This document shows, piece by piece, positions 49,227 to 60,000 of a stretch of 64,000 nucleotides of DNA. The DNA lies in assembly GCA_000708835.1 (NCBI GenBank), contig DF237065.1, forward strand, positions 124,001 to 188,000, read 5' to 3'. Under the pieces are notes generated by a model that was not told where the DNA came from, did no database searches, and saw nothing but the letters and a program-made list of their open reading frames with translations. Numbering within the stretch: position 1 is the stretch's first letter; every line of letters begins with the position of its first letter. This DNA comes from Klebsormidium nitens (taxonomy: Eukaryota > Plantae > Klebsormidiophyceae). Made by a program: the position numbers and the translations under genes.

Positions 49227-52200
49227 ATGGCGGCGAGTGGTAACTCAAAAGGCGATGAGCAGACAGAGCCAGAAGTGAGGAGCGACTCGCGTGCAGAAGC
49301 TCAGAATGCCAAAGGCAAGTTATGGCAGTAAACTCTGGAGAGTGACCTTTCCAATAAAAAATGTCAGAGAATGTGTCGCACCGACTTGTTCCGCTATGCC
49401 TGCCAAGTCATCTGTTTGGCAGCACCTACCAGAAGCAGCATTGGCTTTCACGGATGTCCTTGGAGAGTATGATGGGTGTGTGACAGCACAGTCAAAAAGG
49501 TTTGCTCCCGAGAAAAAGAAATTCTGACTGGCCGTAACAATGTCTGTGAATTGCCCATGTCTTTACTGATGCGGGCCACCTGTAACCTTGAACGCCGTGT
49601 CACCTTCTTGTTGCACGATATTCCTTGATCCGAGTCTGCTTACGACATGTGGAAGGGCGTCCAACCAAGCACAGAGTTTTGAGGGAACGTATTGATGTTC
49701 ACAGTGAAGCGTTATGAGTGAATACAATGATCAGAGCTTCAGTATCCACGGCATGCGCCCCGCCTGAGTGCCATTCCAGTTCCTGTCTGGTCAGTCAAGT
49801 GCTACTCTCTGCTCTCGCTTTTCCGGCACCTCCTGCTACAATTCAGCAACCCCTTGGAGGGCGCAGTTGTATCATCCATGGTCTTGTTGCAACATCTCTA
49901 AGAAGTGCTATTTTGTTTGACATTTTATCAATCCTCAATCCCCTAAAGCTGGCCAAGTGTTCCAAGCCCCGACTCCCGGAACTGACAAGTTTGCTGTCAT
50001 ATTTCCAGGTCCGCCTTCGCCAGAAGAGCAAGTCGACCTCAAGGACACGGTGGTCCCCTTCACATCGCCACGGCAACCTCCCCGAGAACCCGCAACGATA
50101 ACCACGCAAGGGAAGGACCCACATGTCTTGGGCCCCCAGGTTCTGGCGTTTGCAGACCAGGCCAGCTGGGAAGAGGGGCTAGGGGCTTGCGAACGGGTGA
50201 GTTTCGTTTTGAAAGCTGATAGGTTGAGTTACTTAGCTGATTGTTGTAGGATAACATTCAGGGCGGTGATCAGACCTGCAATGTTTGGTTGTGGACAAAG
50301 CGCAAAGATACATACGAGTGCGCCGGGTATTTATGACCAACAACGTTGACTTGAAAATGACCATTCTTAGCCGTGGGGTGAGTACCAGCTTTACTGCGTC
50401 AAGGCGTAAAACCCCCAGTCCTCAACCTTGTAAAACTTCGGTTCTCAGGAAACATCATCACCCGACAGCTATATTGAAAGGCCATTTTTCTGGTTGAACA
50501 GGTTGCGACTGGTCAGTGCGAGAAAGGTGCGCGCATGGGCTGCTCCGTTACAGCTGCCCGGAAATGCCAGCCGAACTGGTTCCAGCGATTGCCTATGTTC
50601 AAGAAGAAAAGGTGAGGCTTTCCGATTCCAACTCTGTTGGTTCATTCTTCAAAGGCTCCCAACTGTGCATGGTGGGGTGAATCTGAAAATGACGAAGTAG
50701 AAAGAATTTGACCCCGACTGACTTCGTGGATCAGAAGCTTGTTGGTTTGCTCAAGAGAGCGCTGAAGAGAGCGATTCCAAATGAACAAGATGAATATTGA
50801 CGATGTTCGAAGCATTTCTTGGCCAGATTCAGTCGCCTACTGTGAGAAGTCGCTGATGCAGAGTCAGTAGTCAAAGAAGGAATTCTGATAACGATTACAA
50901 TTAAAACGCAATAGATCCAAGCCGTTCGTTTGTTGACCTCATCAGCTCGTCCTCAGATCTCGCCTCGTTCCTCACCGTTTCTCTGCTTTTCGATTGTTTC
51001 CCTTCTCATCCGCTTGGAACACCATTCATTTCAGGTCCTTCCAAATCGCTCCTCTTTTTGAGTGTAGTCGTTTCTGTTGTGTATCCGAAGGATTGAGTTT
51101 CTTTCTGGTACGGCACCCGTTCCGTTTGTTTTTGAGTAACCGTGTCATTTGGTTATAAGTAGCCGTTCCAGTCCACTCTGCTGTTCCGGATCTAGGCAAG
51201 CCCAAGGATCGAAAGGCTCAGGACTAATGTCAGTCCGCAGTCGTAGCTAGATCGTGCCGTGGGTGCGATCCATCTGTTACATGCTCCAATCCATTCCGTT
51301 TCTTTTCGTTCCGTTTCTGTCCGTTCCGATCCACTTTTACGTGCTTCCGCAACACGCCCAAGGTTACGAACTCTGAAAGAAACGTGTCAATCGCCCCAGT
51401 TCGAGGCATGCTTCAATGAAGCTCGTCAACTTCATCTCCTCCATTTTGTGATCTACTCTGTTCCAATTCCATAGCAACAGAACTTCCTGTACCTGTGGCA
51501 CTCCGCTCGAAAGCGTGGCGGAACTATGACTCTCGCGAAGATAAGGCGTGCTTGTATAAAACTCTTGAAACTTCGTTCAAGTTACTCTATTCTGATTCAC
51601 CAGTTTGTTTCGTGCTAATCGTACATTTGTGGAAACTTGCAGCACGCCCGAGACCGTGGCAGCGCAGGAGCAATGTGAGTCGCGCGAGTTCGAGGCGTGC
51701 TTCTCGAAGGCGAGCCAAAAGTGCGCCGAGCACTCGCGGACACTCTGCGGCGACGTTTATGGGGGCGCGCGGATCGCCGGGAAAGATGACGTCATGCTGA
51801 TCACGGCGTGGGAGGACGACGACGAGTCCAACGAGATCCGGCAACTGCAAACTGGCGAAAAGGTGATTAGCAGCTCTAAGGGTGCGCCGTGGATGCCGCC
51901 TGCCTTGGGGGAGTCTATAGAAACCCAGGTCCCGGATGAGAAGGACGCGGAGAGGCGGCGGAGTGGGAGAAAAGCTAGGAGCGCGTCACGTGGGGGGGTA
52001 GAAAGCGCCGCAAAAGAAGGGGGGCGGACGAACGATTCACAGTCGGGGGGGTTGTGGAACAGCGAAGAAGCCTCTGAAGGTGGGGGAGTGGGGCGGCCTC
52101 GGGATGCGTCGAAAGCGGCGTTGGAAAAGGATTTGAAGCAGGTGACCGGGACGGACGGGGTCGCTTATAGGGTTGTGAGAATAGGCGGGCGGACGGGGCC

Positions 52201-52375
52201 CGACGGGAAGCCGCTAAAGGCGCTCCAGAGCCTGAAAGACGGGTCGGTGAAGTTTATGGATGCGGACGGTCAGGTCAAGAAGCTTGCAGGTCGGGAAAAG
52301 AAAACCGGGAAGCGCGAGCAGGCAGGGGGAGAAAAGGGGGGGGTCGTTGCGAATCGGGGCTTGAAATCACGGTGA
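49227..52375 (+). CDS. Conserved plant-type uncharacterized Cys-rich protein (~372 aa)
   Basis: Exons 49227-49314 (tentative; GC donor AAAG|gcaagt), 50009-50196, 50502-50611, 51643-52375. Segments LAFADQASWEEGLGACER, QCEKGARMGCSVTAARKCQPNWF and QCESREFEACFSKASQKCAEHSRTLC...ARIA resemble a plant unknown-protein family. The tail is low-complexity and G/E/K-rich. Confidence 0.75.
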
Positions 52376-53943
52376 CTAGCGGTAGACTGAGCGATGTGTA
52401 CTCAACGTGAGAGAGGGCACAGCCTGGGGGTTACGGGAGCAATTTGGACAGTCGACAAAATATTGAGAGTCGCCTCGATGTACAGGTCCAAAGTCATTGG
52501 ATTGAATTGCAGTATCTTGTAAGACCGGCCCTCAGATGTGAATGGTTGGCACAACTTTTCGCGGCAACGCTCATGATCCTCACATTGAGGAGCCCATTTT
52601 GACGGTCTATGCACGCAGTTAAGTGGTTGAGAGGCAATCATACCTAGCTAATGGGCCCTTCGATCAGCAAATTCTCGACCGGATCGTCGAAGCTGACTCA
52701 CAGTCATTCATGCAATGAATGCCAAGCGAGGCACGGGTCTGCTCCTGGCACGTAATCAAATGGCAGATATTTAATCACGAACGCACAATACCCACTGGTG
52801 CAGACGAGATACAGAAACCGATGTGTTATTAAACTCGTATACTGAGCGCTGCGCACGTGCGGGATTACTCCATGCATCATTTATTTGGCGTCGAAGCGTG
52901 AAGCATTCGTTATACTGCAAAGCCGTCAAGGTTTGGGCCCGCGGGTCTCGACGATCGCGCGGTCCAACGTTGAGCCTATATTCTAAAACTTGATTGAAGC
53001 TGATTTAGCTACCGACTGAGAGTGATCGCTGTTAGTCAAGGCAAGCTATACGGCATGCATGTTTACCATTGACTAATATCAAACAATGACGGTTGCCCAT
53101 GTACGTAAAATCGCGCTGCTGTATACGAGCGTCCTTTACTCCTTATCCGTGCATGAACAGTTTGGATTGGCCCGTTTAATGTACGTAAGGCGTACATCCT
53201 GGGTCAGTGTATGGCGCCGGAGTTGCACGCAGGCAGAACGTGCTGCTGGCAGCAAATTGCTACAGAATGATGAAACGTCACTGATGTAGACTGACCCTGT
53301 TGTTGATCCGCCGGCCACTTCAGTTCGAATCTTAGAACGTGGAAACCTTTGGGTGCGATGTAGCCGGAGACTCCATGCATAGTCGGGCATCAAATTGGAC
53401 ACGGACATCTTTATGACGAGCAGGCTTCATGTCAATGGTCTCGGAGTCGATGCGTATCTGGCCCACTGTCCAGCCCCATCCAGATGATGCACAAACCATG
53501 CAGTAAACCTGATTATCAGGCGACCATCTATTAGCGTGCAATAAATGGCAACAACCTGAAATTGTGTCGTCGTCTTATCAATGTTGCTCTAAAGCTGGCG
53601 GCGTATTATGGTTTACAGGATGCTGCGGCTGTAGTCGATGTTGACGTCATCAGTAGAGGCACTTTTAACAACTGCTGACGGCTTCCAGACTTTAAAGAGC
53701 AATTAATCATTTGGCTTCTGCGGTGCACACTTGTTGCGAAGTTGCTGTCATGTCTCTACAGGCCACTTTGATAGTTCTACGCCTTGACTATCCAATCTGT
53801 TCACTTGACAACGGGCACGAATTTTTTCAAGAAGATGGAGCTTGAAAAAGCAGAGGAGGAGAAGCTGCAACTCAGTTCGCTGTATGTGTCAAAAATGCTA
53901 CCGGACACAACGAGCCGCCCTGGTTTTGAGAAGTGTCACTTTC

Positions 53944-54599
53944 TCAAAGAAGACTGATTACCACCCAGTTGTACACCGCACCGATCAGGGTACAGCACTC
54001 TTTCGTGGCTTGTCGGGCAGCCTCTGCATACGTCACCGTGACTTCTTCGGATCGAGGTAGCTGCTCATACCCCCTTCTCAGCTCAAAACCGACCCTGATC
54101 CTCGTTGTTTCCCTGTCGCCTAAGCTGTCAGACTCCAATTCCGCTTCGTTGCTAAATCTCGTCTTCTTTTCCGTCTCAACAAAGTAGTCCAGACCGGTGG
54201 ATAAGGGCAACGGCTCGTTCTTTGACTCCTCTGCTGCATGACCTACTTTTTGCAGCACGTCACTGTCGTGCAGAACGAAGGAAATGCTCAGTTTATCCGC
54301 AGGAAGGCTGCTGGTTGCAAAGGACGGGGATGCGTCTAACTTGATGGCTCCATAGACGTGCGGCACACTGGGGTGATCAAAGGAGGCCTTTGAGTCCGTC
54401 CCTCCTGCCCTTGAAGCCAGCCGTTGTTTCTCACGCGGAGTTGCGTTGCTGCTCCCTTGTTCAAAGAGGTCTCCATGATCTCGAGCGGTGCCTATGGGAG
54501 GCAAGTCCTTTCTCGAGGCCTTGGGATCGATCAACTTCACGTCTCCGATTGCACTCTTCCTTCGGATGATGGCTCTGTCTTTGTCCTTCTTGGGAGAAG
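53944..54599 (-). CDS. Internal exon of an unassigned protein
   Basis: Open frame of >200 codons bounded by ccttcttgcag| at 54599 and a likely donor near 53980. Hydrophilic and S/D/K-rich. No family recognised; flanking exons not resolved. Confidence 0.4.
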
Positions 54600-57078
54600 C
54601 TGCAAGAAGGAGGATATGGTCACTATCTTGGATTGCAGAACTCACCTGGTGATCCCTCTATATTAGACTTCTGACGTCAATTACGTTGCCTTTACGTTGC
54701 TTGTCTGGGATCCAACTATGCTCATCCCAGGGTGTCCTGGATGAATTGCAGGCTGGTTTCTTGGCTCTCCAAACTGAACAGGCATGGCGGCAGCCAAAAT
54801 TGACCAAGTTCGTGCAGTATGCTTCAGTTCAGTGAGAAGTGCATTGAGACATGCCCTTGAATTCTGGCTGCACCACGGCAATCCTGATTTGCTTTAGCAT
54901 GGCAGGCTGTCACAGGTCAAACGAACTGACACGTTGTGGGTAATTGACTCCTTGACTGTCCCTAGGCATCAAAAATCATGCGAAGGCCCGTTGCGCTTGC
55001 GCTGATAAAGAAAATGGGCCTTATACAGCCAAAGTGGATGACAAGGTTGAACAAGCCCCATACATAATAAGGAACTAGATTCAGCAAGCTGCGCATTAGG
55101 CGCACATTTAGCATGGAGCTTGAAGAACCCGTGCATGACTACTTTTCCTCCGAGGTTTGGCCAGCCAAACAACACACTGCAGCATTTATCTCCTGCCCCT
55201 CTTACCTCCTGTTGTGCCCAGCAATCCCCGCAATCCCTGACTCTGCTCCCTCCATGAACCGGGCTCTGAACGCCGTCTCTTTGCGTTCTTATCCATGTCC
55301 TCGTTCAAGTTACGTCAGAATGTGTTCTTTTCCCATGAGACCTCCGTATCCCTTCTGATTTCAACCATGAATGAAAATCTAAAGCTTGTGCAATTTAAAC
55401 TTATTGAGCGGAGTACGTGGCGCGCGCATTCGTGCCCGTCCGGGCGGCCGCGAGCAGTCTAGCAGGGTTTTAAAGCGAAACCTTCCGACGTCACGCGCCG
55501 CCGCAACCGCGTCAGGTGAACAGAGATCCCCCGGTTCTTGCCCTCCGGGAGGTGCTCCAGTCGGGGGAACCCTTAAAAAGTTGCTTTCTGAAGCACTCCC
55601 CGCAAATCTTACCCACGTGAAGGCGTCGGTACGGACGGTAGAAATGGGTATGGTTGTCGGAAGCGCCCGTGCAGTCTGTTTGGTCCAAACGGCGGCACCC
55701 GTTGCTTCACACGGCAGGCTTGGTAAAGCGACCACTCAGAGGATGAGACAGTAACCGCGGTCGCTGCGAAGGCGACCCCGCGTTACCGCAGATGGCTTTT
55801 GATTCTCCCGAGTGAAAGCAGGTCAAACCCTGCACTGTGTAGCCGGCGCGCAATTAGGTACACATGTGGGACAGTCTCTGCTTGTTTGACCATTGTACGT
55901 GAGTCTTGGCATTTCATTGCCTTGGCGAAGACCTCGAAAAAGGTCAAAGTCGCGCCTGCTTTGGATCGTGACTTGCAATCCTTAGGCTTCAGCCTTCAAC
56001 CTTCAGGCACCTTCATTGAGGTCCTGGATAAGGATCAAGAAGATTGATTTTAGCAATGTAACAGTAGAGCTTCTCCGCCCAAGCGGCAGGTTCCAGGAAC
56101 TTGTGGTTGATTATGAAGGTAACTTAGCAATGATGTGAAGCAAGGCAGAGGAAGGAGTATTGTAAAGGACGGGTCCTTGAAGTGCTTTGGGAGTAGATTG
56201 CCAGTCGAGGGAAAAGGAAGAGGAAGTCCAACGCATCACTTGCCTTCAATTCAAGGTAACCTCATCCCTGCACTACCACCTTTGTGAGCTCCAAGCTTAC
56301 ATAGATTAGGAGTCATCATGGGTCAGCAGTTGCACATCTTAACGGCACATTCAAACCTTGAGGCCATTTGCTTGACAACCGATCTCTTGCTGCAGGCTAT
56401 ATAATGCTGTATGGCCTTTTGAAAGTAAAAATGGGACCCTATTTCACATATGCTATGGCTAGCTGCAATCTTGTAAGTGACAGAATGAGGATTCCCTTGC
56501 GTCTTGGTTATGGTGCACATGAGGATGAACCTGCACAGCAGAAGTAGCATTTTTTTGTACTGTGCTCTGGTCAGAAGGTGGAATCTGCCTTGAGCTGATC
56601 ATAATATTCACAAGTGATGCATTGCAGTGCTATTCTTGTCATCTCAACGAGCAACAAGTTGTTGCACAGATTCAAGCTTCTTGTTCTTGTTGCTTCTCTG
56701 CAGGCTATCCCAAACTGCAAAGAACTAACGAACAAAATCTCAAGCAGCTCAAATGTGACCCGCTCTATCAGCTGAAAGAACACAGACTTTGTGCAGACGG
56801 TCAACTCGTCAGAACTCTCACAAAAAGAATCTTTTGAGTAGAAGAAGAACCTTCTGAACAAGAGGGTAAGAGGAACGTAATTCCGCATCCGCTGAGTGAA
56901 GTGGATTTTGTTCACAACAATTGCTACTGGTAGACTACCTGCCTTGACTGAAGTTGTTTGCCCAAAGGATTTTGCACTTGCTGAAGCATTCAGCTTCTTG
57001 TGAAAGAGAACACGAGCCAAGCAGATACGTGCGCATACAAGCAGACGAAATAGTAGCGGATAAGCAGACGGTGTCACG

Positions 57079-60000
57079 ATGGGGGATGCGCCGTTCACGG
57101 CGGCATTAGCTGCTGGTGCAAAGTATGCGGCCCCAGCAGAGAATGCCACGAGTGCGCCTGTGCCCCAAGCCATGTCAACCAGCACCAGTGGGAATAAGCA
57201 CCTGCCAAAGGCCCCTATGCTCTATGCCTGGATCACAACTATGGCGCAGCTAGCAATGCCAGAGCCTGGCTATGGCAATGACAGCAGGTTCGATGCTAAC
57301 CAGAAGCAAGGATGGGGTTTCTCTGAGGCTCCGAGTGGGGCCTCAGACTCCCCAGCCAGCATTCCAACTGTCTTCCCCGCCAACGGCACTTCGCAAGCCC
57401 CCCTCGTAATGCACACCTCCCAGCCTCCATCAGATGACCCCTACCATAATGCACGCCCTGCTCAAGCTAATGGACAGTATCCCGGCGACCCCCCCGGCTA
57501 TGTCCCCTCCCCCTCTGGAGACCCTGCTAACCTCAAGGTAGACCCCACCCCATGGAGCCCCCCCCACCCCCCACCCCCCGTCGCCATCCCGCAGCTCCCT
57601 GCTCTCATTCCGCTGAAGCTGGTCAGCCTCCTCTCCCTCGAGATTGAGTGCCACATCAGCACGGCATTTGTGACAATGGAAGCGAGCTGGCAGCTAGGGT
57701 GTGCTGCCAAGGGAACGAAGGTCGACTGCCTATTCGCACTGCCTGTGAGTCACCAGGGGACGGTGACGGCGGTAGAGATTGATATGGGGGGCGGGAGAAT
57801 GTACGCCACTCTAGTTGTGCCGAAGGACGAGGCAGCAGGGTACGGCGCGCAGGGCAGCAAGGACGCGATCCCGCAGGACAGCGCAAAGTATAACCCTCAG
57901 CTATTCAGGCTTACGATTCCTCAGGTGAGCTCTCCAGCTGCAAAGAGGGATCCCCCTATTCTATACTGGTTCTAAGACTAAACAAGAAGCAAATGTGGAG
58001 CGGACCAGGTAGTATTGGTATCTTTTGTCTTGGATTACCTTTTGACATGCTCAGCAGCTCCTCCGCTAGTTTTCTGAACATGAAGGGCAGCCATCTGAAA
58101 TCCCCTTGCGCGAGCATTATGGAGTTGTCGTGGCCTTGAGAAATTCCCCTCCTTGACTGTCAAGATTGGAAGATTGAATGTTGGGAGCTTTTCCCCTAAC
58201 TCCATGGTCTCTCAATTCCCTTCATTGGGACATAACGGTGAGACCTTATGACCTTATTTCACTCTCAGAATTTGCTGCCCTTCTTGAGCTCAAACTTGGA
58301 GGAAAGAGAATGTTGGGGTTGTGTCAGCACCTGCCTCATTGCTTCTAGAATGCTGTATCAGACACGAGAAAAGCATAATTCTCTGGATGGTACTTCATTT
58401 ATCCAATCATGAATGTCAGCAGGCCACATTCTCTCTGCGTATGCCAGGGGGAATGCTGTCAGTCTCTGAACCCAGAGTGTCTATTCCTTCAAACCCCTTT
58501 TCTTCCTCACCTTACCTTGTCACAATCTGGCCTGAAGAAGACACCTTACAAGCTCCTCTGCTGCTGTATCCTACTCTGACATTGTTAATGTCCTTTACCC
58601 CCTCTCAGGTGGATGCGGGGTCAACCCTCCAGCTCAAAGTCACCTGGTTCCAGCCCATGCTCTTTAACCAAGGCAAGTACGGCGTGCGGATACCTTTACA
58701 GCTCCCCCCCTGGGTTCTTCCAAGGGGATCCCCCTTGAACCAGGCCCTGAGCGTGCGCTGCCTGATCAACACTGGGAGCAACCAACCAGTCGGTCTTGGG
58801 GAGTTCAGCCACCCCATGAAGCAGACCCATGTGGCACCCGGGCAGATCGCTCTGGTCACGGACGCCTTCAAGGAGTGGCCCGACAGCGACTTTGTGGCGT
58901 CCTATCAGGTGAATATTCTGCTTTGTTGATTTGGTTGAGATTAAGAGGTTTCTTTGTATTCTGCACCATGGTATTGGGTTGCTTCTTGGTTGGCTGACTC
59001 GAAGGCTGGCTGGATAGTGGACGGAAGATCGTCAGTGGTTACTTTGGACGTCAACCTTCGGTGTATCCTTATTTAAGATCAAGTGAGCTCATGATCGGGC
59101 CTTTTATGAGCATACTGTGGTTCCGACTTTGACGCTGATGTTCAACTATGCGATCAACATTACCTGTTTTCAGATTCACAAGTTGAGAACTGCTCAAAGG
59201 CTTTTCTTCCACAAATTGAATGAGGACTCTTAGCTCAAGAGTGGAAGTTGCACGAAGGGTCTGAATCCGTTCCGCTGCACAGCTGTCCCCCTCAAGGACT
59301 TGCTCAATTAACCTGCTCCATTGTACTGTTGCAAGTCCATTCAATCTGCAAGTTCTTGATGTTTGTTTCAAAGACAATCCTAGATGATACTGAAATGGAT
59401 AGACAGTGTTGCTTCCATAGCTTCTTTGAAGACACACCATCTTCTTGTCGCCACTCATTGCTACCCCTGCTTGCTTAGCTCTCAACAATACAAGGGGGCA
59501 AGTTAAAACGCACTAGTCAGAACATCTCAACCAAGAGTCACAAGCTGCTGATGGAGCAAACCAGATAGCATTGGCTTCAGAAGAGATGACATCGTGAAAT
59601 TTGCACTGGATCTCAAAACATATGCATTTTTGTTTGCAGGTCTGGTCCCAAGAGATCCTGGCGTCCCTGATCGTCCAGTATCCCCAAAAGGAGCCCGAGA
59701 AGGGCAAGACCTTGGCCGATCCCAGGGGGACATTTTGCCTGTCTGTCTCGCCCCCCGACCCGGAGCACGTGCAGAGCTTCAATCGGGCGGTCGTCTTTCT
59801 GCTTGACAGGTCAGTCCTCACAAACAAAGCATCCCCTTGGTATAACAGGAGACTATTGTCACTGATTTTACCCTTAGGAACAAGGAGACGATGGAAATCA
59901 AATTTGAACAGAAAGCACACGAATGGACAGCCAATGCCAGACTCATCAGCGGGTCCATGTAAGCACAAATTACTCGTACTCTGTCGCGGGACTCTTTTGG

